IMG/VR virus record: IMGVR_UViG_3300009408_000002
Span: 1-64,000 of that record
Reading direction: 5' to 3' (one strand)
Length of the DNA: 64,000 nt
Source of the DNA: a virus
In this document: positions 9,562 through 18,328 of the stretch, in pieces
Layout: the number at the start of each line of letters is the position of its first letter
Position numbering within the stretch: the stretch's first letter is position 1
Program-made: the position numbers and the translations under genes
The notes under the pieces: generated by a model
The model's input: the letters and a program-made list of their open reading frames with translations, nothing else
What the model was told of the DNA's origin: nothing
Database searches by the model: none

Positions 9562-9999
9562 ATGAAGCCCGTCGACCAAACACGGACAAACGTCAGCGAT
9601 CGAGACCTGCCCCCAGCAAATTGCTTCCAGGCATGTATTGCGTCTATCCTGGAACTTTCGATCGAAAAGGTGCCCGACGAAAAGGACTTCTGGTCTCCAG
9701 GAATGCACCCATGGGATTCGTGGAAACCTTACTACAAAAATCTACAGGTATGGCTCACCACATTTTTCGGGGTCTTCTTGCTTGAGAGTGCCAACTACAC
9801 TGGCAGTGAAGAGCCGCCGCTCGCCCCATTTTGCATCATCTCTGGCCCATCTCCCAGATCGCCGGAATCATTATTCCATGCGGCAGTGGGGCTGGGCCAC
9901 TCGGTCATTCATGATCCGCACCCAAGCAGGGATGGGCTTACCGAACCCCTCTCAAAATGGCAATGGGCCTTCTTTGTCTCGCTCAACCCGAAGAAATGA
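9562..9999 (+). CDS. putative papain-like (C39-type) cysteine peptidase-fold phage protein
   Basis: NCFQACIASILEL...HAAVG...IHDPHP, a candidate Cys-His-Asp set. Confidence 0.55.
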   Translation: MKPVDQTRTNVSDRDLPPANCFQACIASILELSIEKVPDEKDFWSPGMHPWDSWKPYYKNLQVWLTTFFGVFLLESANYTGSEEPPLAPFCIISGPSPRSPESLFHAAVGLGHSVIHDPHPSRDGLTEPLSKWQWAFFVSLNPKK

Positions 10000-10337
10000 A
10001 ATACGAACTTCAGACAGAGACTATCGGCATTCCGCAGTCAACGTCTGAATTGCTCGATGAGCTTGCTGAAATAAAATTCAGGATGGACGAGATCATCGAT
10101 TCTCCCGATACCGCACCATACGTCCTGAACAAGACCTTGAAGGACAAGATCCTGCTGTTGAGAGACATTGAACGCCTGCTGGATAAAAGATCAAGAGAGG
10201 CCAAGACTCAGGTCAAGGAAGTCTCTCTGGGCGATATGATCAAGAAGGATCCATCCGCTGCGCTTGCCATGATCAAGAAACACCAGAAGCAATTAAAGCA
10301 GCTTGAGGCGACAGTCAAGAAAGCACTCCCCGGATAG
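9996..10337 (+). CDS. putative terminase small subunit
   Basis: helical 113 aa ORF directly upstream of TerL; assigned by position only. Confidence 0.45.
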   Translation: MKYELQTETIGIPQSTSELLDELAEIKFRMDEIIDSPDTAPYVLNKTLKDKILLLRDIERLLDKRSREAKTQVKEVSLGDMIKKDPSAALAMIKKHQKQLKQLEATVKKALPG

Positions 10338-10340
10338 ACG

Positions 10341-11822
10341 ATGGAACTCCATGAGTCCATCGCAATTGCCTTGAATCTACCGACGCAAGAAGAGCAGGAG
10401 TTCATCAAGTGCTCTCTTGATCCGTGGTACTTCCTCACCAACTACTACATTACGATTGACGAGGACGGCGAGGAGAGGCTGTTCCCCGATCACCAGTACC
10501 TTTGCGATCTGATCGGCCTGATCCACGAAAACAACCAGGTCTCAGTCCTCAAGGTGCGGCAGATGCTATTCACTCTTGCAGTTATCGGATACGAGATCTA
10601 TCAGGGGACGTTCAAGAAAAACACGACGAGCGTGAACGTCTCGAAGACCAAGCCCGATGCCATCGAGATTGTCCACCGAGCCCACTTCTCCATGTCGCAA
10701 CTTCCCGAGTTCTTCAGGGCAGAACGAGTCACGCCTCTCAATCGAGGACGCATCGAATGGGTTCATACCGGTTCACGAATCATCTCTCAGCCTTGCACGC
10801 CAGATGCCGTGCGAACATACACCCCTCAGTTCGTATTTCTCGATGAGTATGCATATCAGAAATATGCCAAGGAGGTATTTCAGTCTTGCAAGCCGGCGCT
10901 GAACAGCAACGGGAAGGTGGTGATCGGTTCAACGCCAAGCCCGCTGCAGCGCGGAGCAGAATTCAGAAAGATCTGTCTGAAGGGCAGGAAGCGTGGCTTC
11001 GTCCACATGGGCATCTCCGCAGACATGAATCCCCGCAAGACGAAGGAGTTCCTGGCCGAACAACGAGCAGCGCTAGGAGACGAGCGATACCGATACGAAT
11101 ACGGTATGTGCCTGGAACGTGCTGGTGCAGGCCACATCTTCGCGAAGGAGTACAACGAGAACAAAAATGTTGTGACCGCCTTTCCTGTCCCCAAGAAATG
11201 GAAACGATTCAGGGGCATTGACTGGGGTCCGCAATATGCCTGCATCTGGTTCGCGATCGATCCAGATCCACCGCACAATATTTACGCCTATCGCGAGCTA
11301 TACCTCAGAGGTCAGCCCACCAAGATTCGTGCTCGGCGGATGCGTCAGATCACCGGCAAAGACAGGATCGAGTGGTCGGTGTCGGACAACGCAGGACCGC
11401 AGGAAGCCACAGACATGTCTGCCGAGGGGATTACTACAATCCCGTGCCTCGCGAAGAATTTGATGGCATCCATCTGGCTGGCCAAGCGCATTCTCAGCGG
11501 TGACGGAGAAGCGTCCCAGTGCCTATATTTCTTTGACATCTGTGCCGAGCTTATTGGCGAGATCGAAGAATACACGGGCGACCAATTTGGCTATCCGATC
11601 AAGCACCAAGGGGCTCACGGCGTTGACTGCTGCCGATACTTCCTTGAGATGCTAGAATTCATGCACCAGCAGGAAGACCTCGGAGAAGAGGACGACGATT
11701 TCGGTGACGACGACTATGAAACAGACAACGAGTATGCGATGATCGATCGTGGAGTAGTCGAGGACCAGTGGAGCGACGACTCAGACGACGCCTACTTCAA
11801 CGACAGGGATCTCGACATATGA
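10341..11822 (+). CDS. terL: terminase large subunit
   Basis: DPWYF..NY, K-x-RQ Walker A region, FVFLDEYAY Walker B, GSTP, RGIDWG and HGVDCCRY nuclease motifs. Confidence 0.9.
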   Translation: MELHESIAIALNLPTQEEQEFIKCSLDPWYFLTNYYITIDEDGEERLFPDHQYLCDLIGLIHENNQVSVLKVRQMLFTLAVIGYEIYQGTFKKNTTSVNVSKTKPDAIEIVHRAHFSMSQLPEFFRAERVTPLNRGRIEWVHTGSRIISQPCTPDAVRTYTPQFVFLDEYAYQKYAKEVFQSCKPALNSNGKVVIGSTPSPLQRGAEFRKICLKGRKRGFVHMGISADMNPRKTKEFLAEQRAALGDERYRYEYGMCLERAGAGHIFAKEYNENKNVVTAFPVPKKWKRFRGIDWGPQYACIWFAIDPDPPHNIYAYRELYLRGQPTKIRARRMRQITGKDRIEWSVSDNAGPQEATDMSAEGITTIPCLAKNLMASIWLAKRILSGDGEASQCLYFFDICAELIGEIEEYTGDQFGYPIKHQGAHGVDCCRYFLEMLEFMHQQEDLGEEDDDFGDDDYETDNEYAMIDRGVVEDQWSDDSDDAYFNDRDLDI

Positions 11823-12022
11823 TCACAAGCAGCCACGAACAGGTCCGCAAAGATCACATCCAGACCATCCTGATGAACGTCGCGCTGCATGCGATGAACA
11901 TCAAGGAGCAGACGGATCCCGAGATGCGGATGCGTGCTATTGACAAATATGTCAAACAGGCGTCGAAAGACATCACGCGAGCAATCGAATACTTCTGGGA
12001 GACAGATGATGCTGTGGTGTAG
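11819..12022 (+). CDS. hypothetical protein
   Basis: ATGA overlap with the TerL stop. Confidence 0.45.
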   Translation: MITSSHEQVRKDHIQTILMNVALHAMNIKEQTDPEMRMRAIDKYVKQASKDITRAIEYFWETDDAVV

Positions 12023-14582
12023 CGACCTGAATGAGTTCGCAGCGGTTTCGTCATCCCATCCAACAGAAGCAACTGACGATCTTCTCGATCGGAAACTGAT
12101 CGACGGCGAGATCATCACGACTGACGCCAGAGATCTGGAACTGAGCTTCCTGTTTGGTACAGACATCTTCGAGAATCCAGACAGTCTGATCCGCGAAAAG
12201 GGAATGCGGATCCTGGACAAGATGCTCGACACGGATGCCGAGATCAAAAATCCCTACATCCTCAAGAAGGCGATGCGGATCTCCGGTGGATTCACGATCG
12301 ATCCGAGGCACCCAGACAATCCTACGGCTGAGGAGCGGGCCGCATTCATCAAATGGAACTTCGAGGAGTTTCTCCAGACTTCCATCCGCAGTTTCCTGCT
12401 CAAGATCTGGGACGCAACGCGCCAAGGATTCAAGATCGCCGAGATCGTCTGGCGGGTGATACCAGACGGGCCATGGGCCGGAAAGATTGGCCTGTGGGAT
12501 CTGCGCGTCAGGAACTCAAGGAACTATTCGTTCGCGACCGACGAGAACGGCAGGATCAAGCCTGACGGGATTGTCGAGGGAATGTCTTCGACCGGCATCC
12601 AGATCTCTGGCAAAGCTCCCCGCAGGCTGCCTCGCCGAAAGTTTGTCATCTACACCTACGCCTCGCTGGATGATGACGGGGCGTCTCTGTATGGCCGCAG
12701 CGACTATCGAGTAGTGTGGCGCTACTATTACGGCAACCTAGTTTCACACAAGAATGAACTGAGGGGCATCGAGACGACCACTAGGCCCCCGGTTATCCTG
12801 CAACATCCCACCAGCTATCAAAAGACTCAGCGCAAGGCAATCGTCAAAAAGTTCTCTGGTGCATACAACCGCGTCGCAACCAGTCTCCCTTCAGACTGGA
12901 AGTGGGATGTTCTGGAGTCGAAGCGCACTAGCGATGCGATTCCGCACATGATGGAGTACAACGGGGACCAGATCTCTCGCGGTCTCCTGATGGGGCCATT
13001 CCTGCAGGGCGCAAAGAAGCAGGGCGTGTCGATGGGTCGCCAGCAATTGCTGACGTTCATCTTCATGCTCGATGCGCTAGGCGAGGAGACTAGCGATGAC
13101 ATCATGGGTCGGCAGATCATCGAGCCGTTGATCAGAATGAACTTCGATGGCCCACTGATGGCGCCCATCTTTAAAATGCCAAAGATGTCGAAGGACAGGG
13201 TTACGCTAGGGGCATTCATCAAGGATCTTGCCGAGTCCGGGGTGATCGATCCTGGTGAGGCATGGATCAGAGAATTCGTTGATGTGCCACCCCAGTCATC
13301 TTCTGACGCCGATCGGATCAGGGGCAATGAGTCTGCCGACGCCAACCCCGACAACATCCCGCAGTCGTATAGTGCCAATCGTGGTGATCACGTATTTGTC
13401 CGAGGCGGCGAAATCGTAGGCGTGACGTTCCAGAAGATTGATCCCATCGACAAGCCGATCGCACATTTCCTCTTCGCCGAGGAAGACAATGGCCAGTCGC
13501 ATGTCCTGGTATCAAGACCGGTCTCCATGGAACGCGCCAAACTGCTGGCCAAGTCGATCACCGGTTCCAGGCGCGACATCAAGGTTCGCATCGGCACGAT
13601 GGTCGGCAGAGTAATGGGGTTTCCTGCATTCAGGATCGATGAGATCATCACATCGCAGTTCGATGGGCCAGTTTCCTTTTCCGAGAACGACTCTCCTCAG
13701 TGCCGAGTTGATTTTATTCGAGTCAATCGAAAGACCCGACTGATCGAGGACTCGGCCCGTGTCGCTGTGATCCGTGGATTCAAGAAGTCGTTCAAGAGCG
13801 TCAATGAGTTCATCGCCAAGCGCTCGCTCAAGTCTGCGCTGAATGATCTGTCACAACGCTCACAGGACATCTCCTTCCTGTCGCGGCAGCTCTCTGCAAT
13901 CTCGACTGCCCTGTTCACTCAGGGCGGGATCGACTTTATGTCGGAAGCCAAGGCCACCCCGTCAGGGGGCTCTGGGGACCCGTCGCTAACCCTTGATACA
14001 CTCGGCCTGACGGGCAAGGATCTCGCTCCGTTTGATACCTCCCGTTCCGACATGGAATCGCTGCCGATAGATGCTTTTGCGTGGAAGCAATTCTCTGAGA
14101 TCGCGATCGACACAACAGGGTTTGTGTTCGACGAGGAAGAGTCGAGGATCACGCTGGCAATCGTTGGACTGCTGAGGGAGGCTGTGTCCTCCAAGATCAC
14201 AAAAGATGATTTCCTCAAGCAGTTTGATGACAGGTTTGCCAAGTGGGCATCTGAGGATGTCGGATCACGGGTCGATCTTGTCATGCGAAACATCGGGAAT
14301 CAGTTCTACAACATGGGCCGCCTGAAAACTGGACGAGCCCTTCCGTCTGTGCGCGCCTTCCAGTACAGCAGCCTGATGGACGAACGAGGCACAAAGTTCT
14401 GTGAGACGTTTGGAGACTTCGTTGCCGACAAAAATGCGAGAGTCTGGGACGGCTTGATCCCCCCAAACCATTTCGGTTGCAGGAGCATTATCCTGCCCGT
14501 CCTCAACTCCGACTCCATGAAGGACTCGACACCCATCCCGCGCTTGCAGCCCTCGCCGGGCTTCGGTAGAATTCGTACATGA
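12006..14582 (+). CDS. portal protein (DUF935/Mu gp29-like) fused to a MuF (gpF/SPP1 gp7-like) minor head protein
   Basis: GFKIAEIVW, KFVIYTY...LYGRS, QIIEPLIRMNF, WIRE..DVP portal motifs; C-terminal YNMGR..QYSSLMDERG..C...PPNHFGCRS MuF motif. Confidence 0.85.
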   Translation: MMLWCSDLNEFAAVSSSHPTEATDDLLDRKLIDGEIITTDARDLELSFLFGTDIFENPDSLIREKGMRILDKMLDTDAEIKNPYILKKAMRISGGFTIDPRHPDNPTAEERAAFIKWNFEEFLQTSIRSFLLKIWDATRQGFKIAEIVWRVIPDGPWAGKIGLWDLRVRNSRNYSFATDENGRIKPDGIVEGMSSTGIQISGKAPRRLPRRKFVIYTYASLDDDGASLYGRSDYRVVWRYYYGNLVSHKNELRGIETTTRPPVILQHPTSYQKTQRKAIVKKFSGAYNRVATSLPSDWKWDVLESKRTSDAIPHMMEYNGDQISRGLLMGPFLQGAKKQGVSMGRQQLLTFIFMLDALGEETSDDIMGRQIIEPLIRMNFDGPLMAPIFKMPKMSKDRVTLGAFIKDLAESGVIDPGEAWIREFVDVPPQSSSDADRIRGNESADANPDNIPQSYSANRGDHVFVRGGEIVGVTFQKIDPIDKPIAHFLFAEEDNGQSHVLVSRPVSMERAKLLAKSITGSRRDIKVRIGTMVGRVMGFPAFRIDEIITSQFDGPVSFSENDSPQCRVDFIRVNRKTRLIEDSARVAVIRGFKKSFKSVNEFIAKRSLKSALNDLSQRSQDISFLSRQLSAISTALFTQGGIDFMSEAKATPSGGSGDPSLTLDTLGLTGKDLAPFDTSRSDMESLPIDAFAWKQFSEIAIDTTGFVFDEEESRITLAIVGLLREAVSSKITKDDFLKQFDDRFAKWASEDVGSRVDLVMRNIGNQFYNMGRLKTGRALPSVRAFQYSSLMDERGTKFCETFGDFVADKNARVWDGLIPPNHFGCRSIILPVLNSDSMKDSTPIPRLQPSPGFGRIRT

Positions 14583-15025
14583 TCTCGAACGTCACCTACG
14601 AATCGCTGACAAGCGAGGATCGCGACCTGATGCTCAATGGCTGCGGTCCTCAAGTGGGTGACTTTGAGAACACAGCAGACTTCTTTACTGCTGCGTGCAA
14701 CCTCCACGATTTCCGCTATCGAGTCGGTGGCCCAAGAGACATGGCGGACGGAGACTCCTCCTGGCGATTCAAGGCCGACAAGGAATTCAAGCGCAACATG
14801 TACCGCATGATCTCCGATTCGATCAGTTTCTGGCTTAGGTGGCTCTACTACTTCAAGGCTTGGGGCTATTATCGGCTGGTCAGAAACTACGGGTCCAGCG
14901 CCTTCAAGTTTAGGCCAGAGGCCGCCATCGTAACCCTCGACATGATGCGTGCAGAGGCCATCATTGATGGCAGGGAAGACAGCCCGCTGTTCACAGCACA
15001 CATCAGCAAAAATGGTGTAGTCTAG
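14579..15025 (+). CDS. phospholipase A2-like (CxxHDxxY) protein
   Basis: NGCG, ACNLHDFRY, RFKADKEFKRNM, YYRLVRNYG. Confidence 0.65.
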   Translation: MISNVTYESLTSEDRDLMLNGCGPQVGDFENTADFFTAACNLHDFRYRVGGPRDMADGDSSWRFKADKEFKRNMYRMISDSISFWLRWLYYFKAWGYYRLVRNYGSSAFKFRPEAAIVTLDMMRAEAIIDGREDSPLFTAHISKNGVV

Positions 15026-15045
15026 CTCAAGACCCTGCTGGTAAG

Positions 15046-17739
15046 ATGTATGGGATGCTTGAGTTCATTGCGCTCGCGAAGATATCCCCAGCCGCACTGA
15101 AGAATGAATCCGACAAGTCGCTGATCAACCTCCATCGCCGGATGCACCAGTTCTGGTCAAATCCAGCGATCAATCGGGAGGAGATCGTAAATCGGCACAT
15201 CTTCATTCTTGAGGAGATGCAGCGGCGTGGCTTCAGCCATAACGCCAAGGGCGAGCTTGACGAGAAGACGGAGAAGCTTTCCGGTATCGGATCTTTCAGC
15301 GAACAGTACGCACCAGTCAGCCACAGTGACCAGGCACGCCACGACCCGATTCTCCTGGAAGATATCATGCCGGCTCTGGGATGGCCGATCAAGCTGCGCG
15401 AAGGGTTCGTGTGTTTGACGGGCGGGCTGGTCGCAAATGGATCGTCGCCAAACGACATCGACATCCTGCTTCAGTCGATCACCGACGAAGAACTCAGACG
15501 AATTGTCGAGTTCAGGATATATCGAATGCTGCCGACATCTCGCATGCATTTGGTATGGGACACCGCTGGACCATTCACTTCTCACATCCCGTTGTATGAC
15601 CTCTCCTTGGTCAGGAATTCTTCGTTTCCAGATGTCCATCTGAAGCAATATCCATCGGGAAACGACCAGGGGCTCAGGTTCGATCTGCACGAGGTGCTTG
15701 AACGATTCGATTCGGCGATCATCCAGAGAAACTCAATCTTCCTGGCTGGAGGGATCGTCAACCACGGCTCGTCGCAAAACGATCTGGACGTAATAATTCG
15801 GCTGCCCAGTGACGAGCAGTTGGATCAAGCGGTGCGATTCATGATAGGCAGAATGTTCCCCAAGGAAGAGCGACAGTTCATCCACTGGCTCAGCAGAACC
15901 TTCGGGTCTCTCAGCAAGTATGTCAAGCTCTACGATCTCCAGCTTACTGTCGCGACCGCCTACCCAAACGTCATCCCGATGACCGAGCAGTTCGCCAAGC
16001 AGAAAACCATTCTGGATCAACCTGGGCCAGAGAAGTCGTTCATCGTCGCAACCAGTGACGGGAAGCGTGTCAAGTTCCAGTCTAATTCGTTCATCCTGGC
16101 GGATCGTCGCGCAAAATTTCTTGCGACGAAAGACCCAGGCAGGGCCATATTTTCCGCCTATGAAGCACGGACAACCTATCAGCGAAAAGCGGGGCAGCCG
16201 CCAAGGCCAGTGCTTGACTTCTCTATCGAGTTTGCCGATCCAGAAGAAGATGTTCTTGATTCACTAGGACCGGGACAGACATTCAAGTGGTTCGGTCTGC
16301 CGGTTACATTTGACGGAAATTTCACACCCGGACTAAACCAGCGAGGCGAGTCGTTCAGGCTGGCGATCGAAGAGCTGTATCGAGCAAGAAAGACCAGGGG
16401 CAAAGAGCCCAAGCTCACGAAAGAACTTGCCCTATATTCCGATCGATCGGGAAACCCCGACATCGACCACGAGCGCTGCTACATCTGCCTCTTCGGCAGG
16501 CGACCAGAGGTCGGCGAAACCATGCTGTGCTCGAAGGTCCAGGGCGACATCGATGTGGCTGGATGGTGCTTCCAGTTCCTGAATCAAGGTCGCGAGAAAA
16601 ACGACTCCGGCAAACTTGAAAAGAGACTGGTGATGTTGCTCTCTGAAGAACTTGGCATCAGGGCAGATGAGAACAAGCCGATTTCATTTGCGACCCCAAA
16701 GCCAGTCAAGACGCCAACGATCGGAAAATTCTTCGAGATGCCAAAGCCGAACCTGGGTGCTCGACAGGGGCAGCACATCTCACTCGACTCGCTTATCGAG
16801 AACGCGAAGGATTTCCCATACCTCGTGTCGAAGAAGTTCGACGGCATCCGGCTTCAGATCCATGCTGTCAAGTCTGACAGATCATTCACAGTGTTCACTG
16901 AGCAGGGTCAAAACATAACGTCCAAGCTGCCCAAGATTTTCGCGGCAGTCGCCGGGCTCAACTTCGATGAAAACGTAATCCTCGATGCGGAGCTTGAACG
17001 ATGGGAAAACGGCAAGCACATCGATCGAGAAGCCGTTGCGGGGGCAATCAATTCTTCGTCAGCGAGCGACCTGGCGGGATGGGTAATCAATCTCTTCGAT
17101 ATCATTATGCTGGGCGGCAAGCCGGCGAATGAAATTGAATCCTTGGACCGCCTTGCGCTCCTGAAGACTCTTAGCGTCAATCAGTCAACTGAAGATGCAC
17201 CTAACCCAGCAAGGCCGTTCAATCTTGCCATCCAGCATAGCGCCAAAAGGCCATCTGAACTCAGGAGGCTAGCTGCATCCCTGGCCAAGAAGCCAGGATC
17301 AGAAGGAATCGTTGCAAAGCCCTTCGCGAGCCTCTATCCCCTGAAGCCTGCGCAACCAGCATGGATCAAATTTCGCAAGACCATCGTCGTGAGGGGCATT
17401 GTGATCTCCAGAACAAAAACATCTGACGGAGATGCGTTCATTTATGAATACGGCGTGAGGCCGGTTGATCAGAAGGATCTTGATCAGTCCAGGGTGAAGA
17501 AGCTCGGCGACAAATCCGCCTTCCTGGTCGGAAAAACATTTTCGACAAAGAGAAGGTTCGAGGTCGGAGATCAGATCCCTGTAGAGCTTCACAATGTGAA
17601 CAGGGAGACATCGAACGGGAAGACCGTTATCACCGGCTTCCTGCCTCGCGTGGTCGAGGCCATGAGCGGAAAACTAGATACTGCCGGATCGATTGTCGAT
17701 CGTGCAGCCGAGAGCGGAATCCTGATAGAGAAAAATTGA
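15046..17739 (+). CDS. multidomain protein: small helical domain, 2x Pol-beta-type nucleotidyltransferase, HiPIP-like Cys motif, ATP-dependent DNA ligase
   Basis: LTGGLV.NG.S.NDIDIL and LAGGIV.HG.S.NDLDVI; CxxC..C..V.GDI...GWC; KKFDGIR, ILDAEL, LFDI, SEGIVAK, WIKFRK. Confidence 0.85.
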   Translation: MYGMLEFIALAKISPAALKNESDKSLINLHRRMHQFWSNPAINREEIVNRHIFILEEMQRRGFSHNAKGELDEKTEKLSGIGSFSEQYAPVSHSDQARHDPILLEDIMPALGWPIKLREGFVCLTGGLVANGSSPNDIDILLQSITDEELRRIVEFRIYRMLPTSRMHLVWDTAGPFTSHIPLYDLSLVRNSSFPDVHLKQYPSGNDQGLRFDLHEVLERFDSAIIQRNSIFLAGGIVNHGSSQNDLDVIIRLPSDEQLDQAVRFMIGRMFPKEERQFIHWLSRTFGSLSKYVKLYDLQLTVATAYPNVIPMTEQFAKQKTILDQPGPEKSFIVATSDGKRVKFQSNSFILADRRAKFLATKDPGRAIFSAYEARTTYQRKAGQPPRPVLDFSIEFADPEEDVLDSLGPGQTFKWFGLPVTFDGNFTPGLNQRGESFRLAIEELYRARKTRGKEPKLTKELALYSDRSGNPDIDHERCYICLFGRRPEVGETMLCSKVQGDIDVAGWCFQFLNQGREKNDSGKLEKRLVMLLSEELGIRADENKPISFATPKPVKTPTIGKFFEMPKPNLGARQGQHISLDSLIENAKDFPYLVSKKFDGIRLQIHAVKSDRSFTVFTEQGQNITSKLPKIFAAVAGLNFDENVILDAELERWENGKHIDREAVAGAINSSSASDLAGWVINLFDIIMLGGKPANEIESLDRLALLKTLSVNQSTEDAPNPARPFNLAIQHSAKRPSELRRLAASLAKKPGSEGIVAKPFASLYPLKPAQPAWIKFRKTIVVRGIVISRTKTSDGDAFIYEYGVRPVDQKDLDQSRVKKLGDKSAFLVGKTFSTKRRFEVGDQIPVELHNVNRETSNGKTVITGFLPRVVEAMSGKLDTAGSIVDRAAESGILIEKN

Positions 17740-18119
17740 TGACGGATACAGAACTGGTCAAAACCGTTGCAGACCTATCAAGAATTGCCAAGGACCTGAA
17801 CTCTACGATCACGTTCATCCAGTGGGCTGCAGTCCCGATAATCGGCGGAATGGCTGCCGCAATCGGCGCGATGTGGTTCAGAATGAACACGAGAGCAACA
17901 GAACACCAGAAAGCGCTTGAGCAGCGAGAGAAAGAAAAAGACGAGCTAAACGACAAGTGGCGCGCATCAGCCAAGGAACTGTCAGAGGAGCATAAGCAAG
18001 AGATCAGTCGGTTTGCTGAGAAGAGCAATGATCTCACCGTCAAGGTGACCCGCGTCATGGAGCATGCGCTCAACATCCCTCCAGCAGCCGACATACCAGC
18101 AAGAGGGGGCGGCCAGTGA
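17739..18119 (+). CDS. single-TM coiled-coil membrane protein (holin-like candidate)
   Basis: FIQWAAVPIIGGMAAAIGAMWF TM segment followed by a charged coiled coil. Confidence 0.55.
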   Translation: MTDTELVKTVADLSRIAKDLNSTITFIQWAAVPIIGGMAAAIGAMWFRMNTRATEHQKALEQREKEKDELNDKWRASAKELSEEHKQEISRFAEKSNDLTVKVTRVMEHALNIPPAADIPARGGGQ

Positions 18120-18328
18120 ACAATGGCAATGGAAACGGAGCAGAAGGCACAAGATCGAGATCGAGGCGATCGGCAGAACTATTGCAGGAGGCAACCGATC
18201 GGATCGATGAGTTCATCAGCAATGACCGATTGAGAGGATGTGCAACCGGGGTTATGAAGAATCCCGACAAGAAGACGATTGAAGCGATCATTGCCGCGAA
18301 GGAGGCGGCAGAAAACCTGACGACATGA
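18116..18328 (+). CDS. hypothetical protein
   Basis: 4-nt overlaps at both ends. Confidence 0.5.
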   Translation: MNNGNGNGAEGTRSRSRRSAELLQEATDRIDEFISNDRLRGCATGVMKNPDKKTIEAIIAAKEAAENLTT

